The notes under the pieces are model-generated. The model had not been told where the DNA came from. It worked only from the letters and a program-made list of their open reading frames with translations, and did not search any database. Below are positions 1-12,200 of a stretch of 64,000 nt of DNA, in pieces. The translations under genes were made by a program, and so were the position numbers. This DNA is from the human T2T-CHM13v2.0 reference genome, Homo sapiens, in contig CP068257.2 of the NCBI GenBank assembly GCA_009914755.4, forward strand, positions 37,504,001 through 37,568,000, in the 5' to 3' direction. Within the stretch, counting starts at the first letter, position 1; every line of letters starts with the position of its first letter.

Positions 1-2
1 TT

Positions 3-522
<520 letters not shown>

Positions 523-1439
523 TCAGACTGACAGGATTCATGGGGCAGTGAACAGGACAGGCAGAACCCACGCCAGCCAGGCAGCAGGAAGGAAGAGCAA
601 AGAAAAACATGAGAGGTTATATCTTCCAGGAGAAAAAGTCGGTGACCTGCTGGATTTGTCTCCTAGGTCTTCCAGAACAAAATGTGGCACTACAAATGGG
701 TGACTTAAAACAGCAAAAATGCATTCTGTCATGGTTCTGGAGGCTACGAATGCAAAATCAAGATACCAGCAGGGCCACGCTCCCTCGGAAAGCTCTAGGA
801 GAGATTCCATTCTATGCCCCTCGTAGCTTCTGGTTTTGCCACTGTCCTCAACTTGTAGACACAACACTCCCAGCTTCTGCCTCCCTGCTCATACAGCCTT
901 CCCCCTGAGTGTCTGCATCTCTGTGTCTCTTCCCCTCTTCTTAGAGGGACATCAATATGTTGGATTAGGGACCCAGCCTACTCCAGTAGGACCTCATCTC
1001 TTAACTAATTACATCTGCAATTACCCTAGTTCCAAAGGCATTAGGATTTCAACATCCTTTTAGACGACCCAGTTCAGCCCACCACACCTACAAAAGAACA
1101 AAAATAAGATTTTTATCAGGCCTTTCAATAACAACAGGATACAAGAAAACTATGGAGTCATACCTTAGATATTTTAAAGAAAAGCATTTTAACTTAGAAC
1201 AGTGCATCTGGTTAGATTATTATTTAACACAAAAAAGTAATAGCTCCGGGCTCATATATAGATGGTTTCAAAGAACTTGTTCCATAAAGCACTATTTGAG
1301 AAAATTCTTAAAGGGTTTCCTCTGGCAGAAGAAAAAAGACGAATCCAAGAAAAAGATATAAGTAAGGATCAGTATAAAGTTAGCGAAAGAAAGTTTTGTT
1401 GTCAAAATTAGCAAGGAGTCAAAAATATTAGGTTCTCAG

Positions 1440-4400
1440 CAGGGCTTCAGCATGGCTAACTGCAGGCTTCTGGTACTCACCCCCTCCACAACAAAGACCG
1501 AAAATAGCGAGTAGATGGTCACACTCTGAACAGATCATCTAAGAGAACGCTAGAATTCAACAGAGAGTGAAAAGAAACACCTAAAGCCAGGAAGGCGAGA
1601 AAAGCAAGGCAGCCTGCTTGGCAGGGGTCAGCTGGGATCCTGGAGAGGCTCCCAGTGCAGGGAAAGGGTGAGTGAGTGACCCCCAGAGGTCCACACTTCC
1701 ACTGCAGACTCCTGCATCCTAGCCACGGGAAAGCCCCTAGACTCTCACAGCCCCAAAGACTTATCTAGGATGCTGCCTACAGACCATGTGATGGCTTTGC
1801 TCCAGAGGGGAACTCGTGCCAGGTCCCACCTCACCCCCACCCTAGGCAGCTACAGCAGGGTGTCACAATAAGAGCCTAGCCCTCACCAGACTGCATCCTG
1901 GACCCAATAGCCCCTGGATCTCCACATCCCTGGAGCCCCACTGACATCCCCTGCCCACAGATGCTACCATGACTGACGGCTGCCCCCAGGGCTGAAGTGC
2001 GAGTCAGTAACAAAGAGCCCACTGCCCCTGGCAGTGATGCTGCCACGCATTTTCATGCACCTTAAAAACAAACCCCCCTGCCCACAGCAGTCACAGATGC
2101 CAATGCACACGCAAAGTGTGCACTCCTCAGCCACCTGTGGCTGCTGCCACTGAAAGCTACTTAGCCCTCCCCAGAAGCAGGGCTGCAGCACATCTTGGGC
2201 CTGGGGATCACCCCACCTCTGCCCACCACAACGAGGACCTGCAAGCACCACTGGGGGTCTGAGGACAGGTCCACCCAGCCTGGCTCTGCACCCCCAGTGT
2301 CCAGGCATGCCAACCAGAGGACTGAGGACTGCCTAGCCTAGTCCCCACCGCTGACACCTGAGCCCTCCTCCCAGGGGCTTCAAGTTAGGCCCATCCAACC
2401 TGCCATCCCTGCAACAGTGGGCACCCACCTGCACATGCCACATGCAGGCCTGGCAACTGGCCCACCTAGCATGTTGTAGCCACCACCAACACCAGCACAA
2501 ACTGCTTGGGAGCCAGAGATTTGTCCTGCCACTGCTACTGCCATCACCCACACTATGCTTGTTGCCTAGGGGCCAAAGAACCTGCCCACCTGCCTGGCCC
2601 ACCACTACTGGTATCTGAGTAAGCTGCCTGGAGTCCCAAAAATCAGCTCTCTTTAACCTGCTAACACTGGCGCCAGCGTACACATCCCTGAAGCCGAAGG
2701 ACAGGCACACTTGGCACACTGCTACTACCACTGGGACCTGAGGACAGGCCAACCTGGCATCTTTCCCCCGGCAAAATTTGACCACAGCCTCCACTAATAA
2801 CCACATCCTAAGCCACTGAGGAAATCAAACACCACTGACACTGTTAGGCCAAAGAAATCACACAGAAACTATGCTACTGTACCCACAATCGAAACCAAAG
2901 TGCCCTACTCAACACTACAGATACATCTTCAGAAAAAAGTTCCCACCCATGAAAGCAAATTCAAGAAATTGGAAGAAGTGACTGTTACACTAGATGTGCA
3001 GATATCAATGTGAGGAGAAAAAAACATGAAAAAGCAAGGAAATATAACACCACCAAAGGAACACAATAATTCTCCAGCAACAGATCCAAATCAAAAAGAA
3101 CTTATGAAATCTCAGGGAAAGAAATTCAAAATAATGATATTAAAGAAGGAGAGTAAGATACAAGTGAATACAGAAAAATAGTTCAAAGAAATCAGAAACA
3201 TAATTCAGGATATGAATGAGAAATTACCAAAGAAATGAGTATCATAAAAAAAGGACCAAATAAAAATTCTAGTACCAAAGAATGCATTAAATAAAATATA
3301 AAATACATTTGAAAGCTTCAACGATAAACTAGATCAAGCAGAAAAAGGATTTCAGAACTTGAAGAGAGGTCTTTTGAAATAAACCAGTCAGATAAAAATA
3401 AGAAAAAAGAATAAAAATGAACAAGGCTAGGCCAGGTGCGGTGGCTCATGCCTGTAATCCCAGCACTTTGGGAGGCCGGGGCGGGTGGATCACGAGGTCA
3501 AGAGTTCAAGATCAGCCTGGTCAAGATGGTGAGACACCATCTCTACTAAAAATATGAAAAAAATTAGCTGGGCATAGTGGTGGGCGTCTTTAATCCCAGC
3601 TACTCGGGAGGCTGAGGCAGAGAATTGCTTGTGAACCTGGGAGGCAGAGGTTGCAGTGAGCTGAGATCGCACCACTGCACTCCAGCCTCGGCGACAGAGC
3701 AAAACTCTATCTTAAAAAAAATGAACAAAGCTTACATGACATATAGGACACTATAAAGTGACAAAATATTCTAATTTTTGGTGTCCCAGAAGGTAAAGAG
3801 AAAACTAAAAGAATAGAAAACTTATTTAACAAAATAAGAGCTGAAAAATTTCCCAAGTTTAGCAAGAGATGTATACATCTGGATACAGGAATCTCAGTGA
3901 CCCCCAAACAAATAAAATGCAAAAAAAGGTCTTTTCTATGTCACATTATAGTCAAACTGTCAAAAATCAAAGACAAAGAGAATTCTAAACACAAGAGGAA
4001 AGCATCTAGTCACTTATGAGGGAACCTCAGTCAGACTAACAGTAGATTTCTCAGCAGAAACTTTATAGGCCAGGACAGTGTGGAATAATATATTCACAGA
4101 GCTGAAAGAAAAGAAAACTGCTGTCCAAGGAAATGATACTATACCCAGTAAAGTTTTTCTTTATAAATGAATGAGAAATAAAGTCTTTCCCAGACAAGCA
4201 AAAGCTAAAGGAATTCATCACCACTAGACCATTCCTACAAGAAATGCTTAAGGCAGTCCCACATTTGGAAGCAAAAGGACAGTATCTACCATAATTAAAA
4301 TACACAAAAATATAAAAACCCATTGGAAAAGCAAACACACAAATAAGGAAGAGCAAAGACTCAAATATTACTACTACAGAAAATTACCAAACCACAATCA

Positions 4401-4850
4401 TAAATAAGAGAGAAAGGAACAATGGATATACAAAACAATCAGATATCAATTAATAAAATGACAGGAAAATGTATTAACCACTCCACTTAAAAGATATAGA
4501 CTGAATGAATTTTTCAAATGATCCAACTATATGCTGTATAAATGAAACTCATTTCACCTCCAAAGACACATATTGACCTAAAGTAAAGGGATGAAAAAAG
4601 ACATCCCACACAAACAGAAACCCAAAACCAAGCAGGATTAGCTACACTCATATCCAATAAAACAGACTTTGAGTCATAAACAGTAAAAAGAGACAAAGAA
4701 GGTCATTATATAATGATAAAGGGATCAATTCAGCAAGAAGATATAACAATTCTAAACATATATGCATCCAACACTGGACCACCAGATATATAAGGCAAAT
4801 ATTATTAGATCTAAAGGGAGAGATAGACTTTAATAAAATGATAGTCAGGG
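1440..4850 (+). mobile_element. L1 LINE, older primate subfamily: 5' UTR-like region, degenerate ORF1 and start of ORF2; 3'-truncated or interrupted
   Basis: Translation of 3030-4450 gives ORF1-like peptides (KKQGNITPPKEHNNSPATDPNQKELMKSQGKK..., ...GKHLVTYEGTSVRLTVDFSAETLQART...NIFTELKEKK) with many stops. 4500-4850 matches the ORF2 N-terminal/endonuclease region (KDTHRLKVKGW..., DKEGHYIMIKGSIQQEDITILNIYA). 1440-2900 is an internally repetitive GC-richer block consistent with an old L1 5' UTR; that assignment is less certain. Confidence 0.75.
3430..3720 (+). mobile_element. Alu SINE inserted into the L1 ORF1 region
   Basis: ggccaggtgcggtggctcatgcctgtaatcc ... poly-A. Target-site duplication aaaatgaacaa(g/a)g at 3414-3427 and 3719-3731. 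Confidence 0.9.
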
Positions 4851-5679
4851 ATAGGACTGAGTGGCTTAAGGTGGGTCAGTGAGTTTCCCAGAGCTTCAAG
4901 CTTTTAAGTGGAGGAGCTCAGAGTCAAGCCCCTCTCCCAGCTCTGCAGGCCTCAAATACAACCACCATCCCACCAGAAACAGGTCCCCCTTGGCTTTGAT
5001 GTACCACTGAGTTTGAGGGGCTCCTGAGACCCCCAGACATCTCTTCAAGCAACACTACATCTGAAAGTCACACATCTGAGAGGTCCTTAGGGGTATCAGT
5101 CTCATTGGAGACAGTGACAGAAGCTGGAGAAAGGCTGGGAGTGCAGCCCCCCAGCAGGAGGTCTCACCGTGGATGGGAAGAGACCTGAACCATCTTCAAA
5201 TACTCTTACGTGTCCCATTTTAAGAAAATAGAACCAACGTGTTTCCAGCAAATTGAACACACATGGACATTTTTTAATGAACTCCAGTCAGCCCATCTGT
5301 CAAAACTGAAGATGCTGGAGAAACCTAAGACTCCTCTAAAGTTACAGCCAAAAAGATGTGATATACCTCCAAGAACTGCACAAGGGATGCTGCTAGCAAC
5401 ACTTCAGTGTTGTGGTCAACAAAGAAGTGGAGTAGAGGAGGAGTTTCTCTCTTGCCCTTCCCTGCGAAGATCGCTTTCCCCAGCATCGTTCCCAAAAATA
5501 GCAGCCGAGCTTTTAAAACACACACACTCCAGATCTGTGCTCCTGGGAGAGCTTGTTCAACTCACATCCTGCATGTACACAGAGCTCTAAATAGAGACTC
5601 CTAACTCTATAAAGGAATTCCTTTTAAGGAATCCACCCAAATCTGTTAATAACCAATCGTAGAATAAACACCAAAGGAT

Positions 5680-5683
<4 letters not shown>

Positions 5684-5712
<29 letters not shown>
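5684..5712. repeat. (GT)n microsatellite
   Basis: gtgtgtgtgtgtgtgtgtgtgtgtgtgt read directly. Confidence 0.95.
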
Positions 5713-5714
<2 letters not shown>

Positions 5715-5914
5715 ACGTGTGCACGCATGCACATCAGTGCATCTAAGTGTGTATGGGGGTGAGGGACCTTCTCCTTCCAGAACCTCCCTCCTCCCACTTG
5801 TCCTGCCACTGCTACTGCCTACTCTGTAGCATAAGGGCCTGCAGACCAACAGGAGCCCAGGCAGCAAATATCACTCCTGAGGGCCCAGATAAGACCCTGT
5901 CACTCACCACATAC

Positions 5915-6055
5915 CAAAGAAAATGATATATATATAATATACATAATATATTCAAATATATACAAATTTGTATTTGATATGTATACATTAATTTTATATA
6001 GTGATTATAGAGATAGATGATATGTTATATATATTCTGTTTCACTGTGCTTACAC
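5915..6055. repeat. AT-rich low-complexity / (TA)n-like simple repeat
   Basis: atatatataatatacataatatattcaaatatatacaaatttgtatttgatatgtatac... Confidence 0.8.
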
Positions 6056-6284
6056 TATTTTCACTGTAGAAAAGGGACAAATAGAGGCTGCGGCAGGACG
6101 GAAGGGTCACTTGCTTTTACACTGTGTAACTTTTTGTGGCTTTGAATTTTGTACTTGAAAAAATTAATTTGTGTGTGTGTGTCCTGCAGGTAAACTGTTG
6201 TCTTCTAAAAAATTTCTGCTTGACTTCCTAATCTCCAGCAGGGACCAAAACTTTTTCAGGAGCTCAGCATGCCCTCCCCTCCCC

Positions 6285-6595
6285 ACCCATCCCCAACACA
6301 CATGTACTCACACACATGCATATCACACACCCACACAACACACATGTACTCACACACATGCATGTCACACACACACCCATGCAACACACATGTACTCACA
6401 CACATGCATGCCATACACCCACACAGCACACATGTATTCACACATGTATGCCACACACCCACACAGCACACATGTACTCACACACATGCATGCCACACAC
6501 CCACACAGCACAAATGTATGAACACACATAGGCCATACACACCAGACACACACACCACACTGACACACACACACACACACACACACACGCATTTG
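6285..6595. repeat. CA-rich minisatellite of about 7 units (~43-bp unit cacacacccacacagcacacatgtactcacacacatgcatgc), ending in (CA)n
   Basis: Unit variants are visible in tandem from 6290 onward. A pure (AC)n run lies at 6567-6588. The six-frame ORFs here are His/Thr/Cys-rich translation artefacts. Confidence 0.85.
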
Positions 6596-7297
6596 TCAGG
6601 AAAGAGCCTTTCACCACCCGCTGAGACCCCTCCCGCAGCATTTCTGAGCCCAGGTGCAGGGCAGGGCTCAGCTGGCCAACCAGGCCAGCATCAGGTCACA
6701 ATGAACTCGCAACATGGATAGGAAAGGCCCAAGTCCTCTAAGCCTCAGAATTCAGTGCCACCTAGAGGCTCCTCTGTTGCATGATTTCTCAATTCTGAGT
6801 GAAAAGGCAGGCCCAGCCACTGGCCTCATGAAACAGGAGGTGGTCCCATGAGCCTGTAATGTCCAAAGAAGGCACTCATATTTCTTATGAGGACTTGAGA
6901 GATTGGGGCTGCCTGTCCGAGCTGCTGGCCAGGTCCCCAAGACCTGGAAGTGCTCAGTATCCCCTCGCAATTTTGCCACTCTACTCAGAGTGCAAACTGG
7001 TCAATCACTTCTGGAAACTATCTGGCAATATCTATTTGAGTTGAGCATGTGCAGCCCCTCGGCACAGCAGTCACACTCCTGATCTATACCCAACATATAT
7101 GTGCATATAAAACTCCTGCCCACCCCAGCTCACTGAAATAAGGCCCCTGAAAATCCCAGCCCCTCAGCTGGGCCATTCCCCCTTGCAGGGAAAGGGCTGG
7201 AGGAAGCTGGGAGCTCATGTTGCTCCCAGGCCCAGCAGCATCGCAAGTGTGGATGGCTCCCTCCATCCTGCCCCCTCTCGGTCCCCACCCTCTGAAG

Positions 7298-7515
7298 CAG
7301 CGGTTCTTAGCCAGGGATGATTTTGTCCCCTGGGGGACATTTGGCAATATCTGGAGACATTTTTGCTTGGCATACCCGGGGAAGAGGATGTACTGGCAGC
7401 TGGTGGGTAGAGGCCAGGGGTTCTGTGCAGCATCCTACGGTGCATTGGGCAGCCCCATGTGAAGGAGCATCCGGCTCCAAACGGCAATAGCAATGAAGCC
7501 AAGATATTGTGCCTT
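7298..7515 (+). mobile_element. Ancient nonautonomous DNA-transposon-like repeat (MER-class; family name not asserted)
   Basis: Contains the widely dispersed core ...gcagcggttct.a.ccagggatgattttgtcccctgggggacatttggcaatatctggagacatttttg..tgg...ggtgggtagaggccagggg... Confidence 0.45.
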
Positions 7516-8086
7516 AAGTTCTCAATGGCGGAAGAGTGGGTGTAAATTATTACTTATTTTAAATAATTGGGCATTTCAGCTAAAGATTTAGAATTAAAAA
7601 ATTCTATTACAGGAGAATTCAGTTCTAAGGCAGATGCATTTATCTTGCATTTTAAAAGAACAAAGCTGCCTAATGAAAACGGCAGAGTGAGACCATGCAC
7701 TTCCTGGGCTTTAGATGCATCTTTTTCCCAGCCTGGGAAGCTGTTCCATTCTCCAGCGAACACCACTTACTACCTAATGACTGTTCCCCCATGGACCTGT
7801 GAGTGCACTCAAATCCAAAGTTCTTATGCTGGATCACTCAAAGGGATAAAAATACATTTCTACTCATTCTTTTCTTCCCTAAAGGCAATGTCCTGTTTAT
7901 CCTTCCTTGTCTCTAAATAGATAATTTAATCAAAATGAACTAACCAGATGATCTACAATAATCAACATTAGCTGTGAAAATTGTTTATGGAACTACTCGC
8001 TACCCAGCACAGATGTATTCACATTTCCTTCATAGTGCCTGGATTCTACTAGACATCACAGAAGCACAGTCCCTACAAATTAGTGA

Positions 8087-8721
<635 letters not shown>

Positions 8722-9099
8722 AGAAATGCTGAAGGCTCCTTTACTGTTTTATATATTAATTCAAGTTGTTCAAATGCAATCCAACTAAATTTTTAATTTG
8801 TCTCACTGTTCTCCTCTTAAATAATTAAGTATTATCCTTTGGAAAACTGAGTTTGATAAAAGAAACCAAAATCCAACAACTCAAAATATCTCAGCAGAAA
8901 CCAACATAAGGAATCAGTATAATCCTCATTGGCTGCCCCCAGAGTCATTTAGGAAATCAACCTCAAAGTAAATGTAATCAATAATTTGCTTTAAATTCAA
9001 AAAGATGTGTACATCACAAACTAAAATTCCAAACACTATCAGAAGGTATACAATAAAAAAGGTCTCCGTGTCATCTGATTTCCCAATCTCCCTACTGTC

Positions 9100-10640
9100 A
9101 ACAGTTTTTTTGTGTGTTCTTTCAGAAATTCTTTACATGTACAACAAACAATATATATTTTGATAAATTATAGTTGTGCTATATACACATTGTTTCTGCT
9201 GGTTGCTTTTTCTTCCTTTTTTCCTGTGGTAAAATGCACATAAAATAAAATGTACCCTCTTAACTATTTTTAAGCGTATAGTTAAGCAGTATTCAGTACA
9301 TTCACATATTTGTACAGCCATCACCATTATCCATCTCTGGAACTTTTTTTATCTTGCAAAATTGAAACTCTGTACCCATTAAACAACTTCCCATATCTCT
9401 CTCCCTCCACCCCCTGGCAACCATCATTCTTTCAGTCTCTATGAATCTGACTACTCTAGATACCTCATATAAGTGGAATCATAGTGTTTGTCTTTTGGGG
9501 ACTGGCTTATTTCATTCAGCCTAATGTCCTCAAGGTTCATTCATGTTGGAGCGTGTGTCAGAATCTTCCCTTTTGAGGTTGGATAATATTCCATTGTTAT
9601 ATGTAGCACACTTCGCTTATCCGTTCATCACTGACGGACACTTGGATTGCTTCCACCTTTTGGATGTTGTGAATAATGCTGTAAATGTGGTGTACAAATA
9701 TCTCTTCAAGACCCTGCTTCCAATTCTTTTGGATCTATATCTAGAAGCGGAATTTCTTGATTATATGGTAATTCTATGTTTAATTTTTTTAGAAACTGCC
9801 ATACTGTTTTGCACAGCAGCTCCAACAAGTTACTTTCCCATCAACCATGCACAAGAGTTCCAGTTTTTCCACATCCTCACCAACACTTGTTATTTTCTGT
9901 TTTTGTTACAGTAGGCATCCTAATGGGTGTGAGGTGGTATCTCATTACAGTTTTGATTTGCATTTCCTTAATGATTAATGATGTTGAACATCTTTTCATG
10001 TGCTTACCAGCCATTTATACATCTTCTTTACAGAAATGTTTATTCAAGTCCTTTGCCCCTTTTTCAGTTGGGTTGTTTGTCTTTTTGTTGTTGATTTTTA
10101 GTCCTCTATATATACTGGATATTAATCCCTTCTCAAACATATGATTTGCAAATATTTTCTCCCATTCTATGGGTTGCCTTTTTACTCTGTTGAAAGTGTC
10201 TTTTTGATGCACAAAAGTTTCTCACCCTCATGGAGTCCAGTTTGCCTATTTTCTTCTTCTGTTGTTCATGCCTTTTGTGCCTTATCTAAGAAATCCTCAC
10301 CAAATCCAATGTCATGAAGATTTTGCCCTGTTTTCTTCTAAGACTTTTATAGTTTTCAAAGACATTTAGGTCTTTGATCCAATTTGAGTTAATTTTTGTA
10401 TATGGTGTTAGAAAAGGTCCAACTCTATTCTTCTGTTTGTGGAGATCCAGTTTTCCCAGCACCATTTGTTGAAAAACCGTTCTTTCCCTGTTGTCTTGTT
10501 GATCTGTCCATGTGGGCCCATACAGAATTCCCTCATTCCTTTCATGGCTCAGTCATATTCCATCATATAGAGGTACCATCCCTTTCCAACCTGTCCCCTG
10601 CTAAAGCCCTAAATTCCTTTCTACTGTGTTGATTTTGTAA
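9100..10640 (-). mobile_element. L1 LINE fragment (3' UTR plus ORF2 C-terminal region), antisense
   Basis: Reverse complement matches the mammalian-wide L1 3' end (...gtggttgccagggggtggagggagagagatatgggaagttgtttaatgggtacagagtttcaattttgcaagat...). 9900-10230 matches antisense ORF2 (tttgatttgcatttccttaatgattaatgatgttgaacatcttttcatgtgctt..., atatgatttgcaaatattttctcccattctatgggttgcc). Confidence 0.8.
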
Positions 10641-11439
10641 AAATGATAGAGTATACATTTTTATTTATGTGCAGATGTGTGTGTGTGTGTTTGTATATAT
10701 ACACACACACATAAATTCTTGGAAGTAAAATTCTTGGCATAAATTATTTGCAGTAAAAAAAAAAAAAACAAAAAAAACAGATTATTCTGGCTGAAAAGGC
10801 AGAATCATCCAACCCACCACCAGATAATCCATTTGTGTTTTTTAAATAAAAATTCATTGTAATAAAATTGAAGCAGTCAAGAGAGACATGAAATGAAAAA
10901 TGACATTTTCACCTCAGCCCCAGTCATTCTACCCACTGGTTAACAATTCCTTGCAATTTCCTTCCAGAAAGAAATGATTATGCATATACTCAGAAATATG
11001 TACTTGTATATTTTTATTTGCATGAGTAGGCAGACTATAGACATTACTATACATCCCAAATATATTCTAGTACTCTGCTTGTTTTGTATGTGTGTGTGTG
11101 TCTTCTGGAAAAGTTACACATAATTAGCTTTCTACCAACAGAATTGTATATTAGAAGGAAAGTTTCCTTACGCCAGTGTCATCATGGGAAACCATCAACA
11201 TTTTAACATTGACAGTTAGATAGGTAAAAAGTATGTCTCAGAGAAAATAGATATTACTTTTCTTAAGAATAATATGGTTTCTGTTCTAGGAGCCAGGAGG
11301 TGGGAGGAGAACAAGATGGAAAAACTTTCCATCTTTTTATACTTATTTTCTTGTGAAGGGTCTTTATTTGTCTTTTGCCCAGTTTTTATTATTTTATTGC
11401 TTTTTCTTCTGGAATTGTATGTTTTATTTCTTATGGAAA

Positions 11440-12200
11440 TTAGTTAGGCTAGCTGCTATAACAAAAATAGCCAACAAAATATGTGTCTTAAATGAAATAA
11501 ATGGTTGTTTCTCTCACCTATGACAGTCTGAAGTGAATGTCTCATACTGCTACACATGGCCACTCATATGATACACTAAAATCACATTCAGGTACCCAGG
11601 TTCCTTCCATCTTATTTTTCCACCATGACTCAAGATGTTGTTCTCTTCCGCAATGTCAATACTGGGGTAGGGGCACATCTGTGTTCTAGCTATGGAGAAG
11701 GGGGAAGAACATGGGCAAGAGTCATACCAACTCCTTCAAACCCCTGGCCCAGAAGTGACCCACATTGCTCTGCTCATATCCTATGGGTTAGAATTTGGTC
11801 ATATGGCCACATCTAACTGCCAGGACAGCTGAAAGATAGAGTATAGTTGGGCTATGTATTAACTATCTACTCTATTCTGCCTAACAATATTACCACTAAT
11901 AACTTAGGGCTTAAAACTAAACATTTCTTATCTTACAGAATCTGTGAGTCAGGAGTTTGGTTTGGCTCAACTGGGTCCTTTGCAAGATGGCAGTCAAAGC
12001 ACTGGCTAGGCTGTAGTCTCATCTGAGGTTTGACTGGGGAAGGATACACTTTCAAGTCCAGGCAGGTTGGCAGAACTCAATTGGACTGGAGGCTTCAACG
12101 TCTTGCCTTGTTATCCATCAGCCCTGCCCTGTTATCCTCAGCTCTTAGAAGCCCTCAGTTCCTTGCCATGTAGGGTTTCCTCAAGGCCAATGGGGAGAGA
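11440..12200 (+). mobile_element. Ancient interspersed repeat (family not confidently assigned; 'ctgctataacaaaa...' type), long copy
   Basis: Begins ctagctgctataacaaaaatagccaacaaaatatgtgtcttaaatgaaataaatggttgtttctctcac..., a motif family that recurs at 29497, 32430 and 43500. Downstream segments (...tctcatctgaggtttgactggggaaggatacactttcaagtccaggcaggttggcagaactcaattg...) follow the same consensus architecture. Confidence 0.45.

Noticed and set aside
6285-6595. Regular ~43-bp tandem repeats that could superficially resemble a repeat-spacer array
   Set aside because: The sequence context is a human genome (Alu/L1/SVA throughout). The units are contiguous with no unique spacers. This is a minisatellite, not CRISPR.
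6171-6721. Cluster of overlapping ORFs encoding His/Thr/Cys/Met-rich peptides (up to 150 aa); similar ORFs lie at 14953-15303
   Set aside because: They are translations of CA/TG-rich minisatellites in all frames. They have periodic low complexity and no start context.
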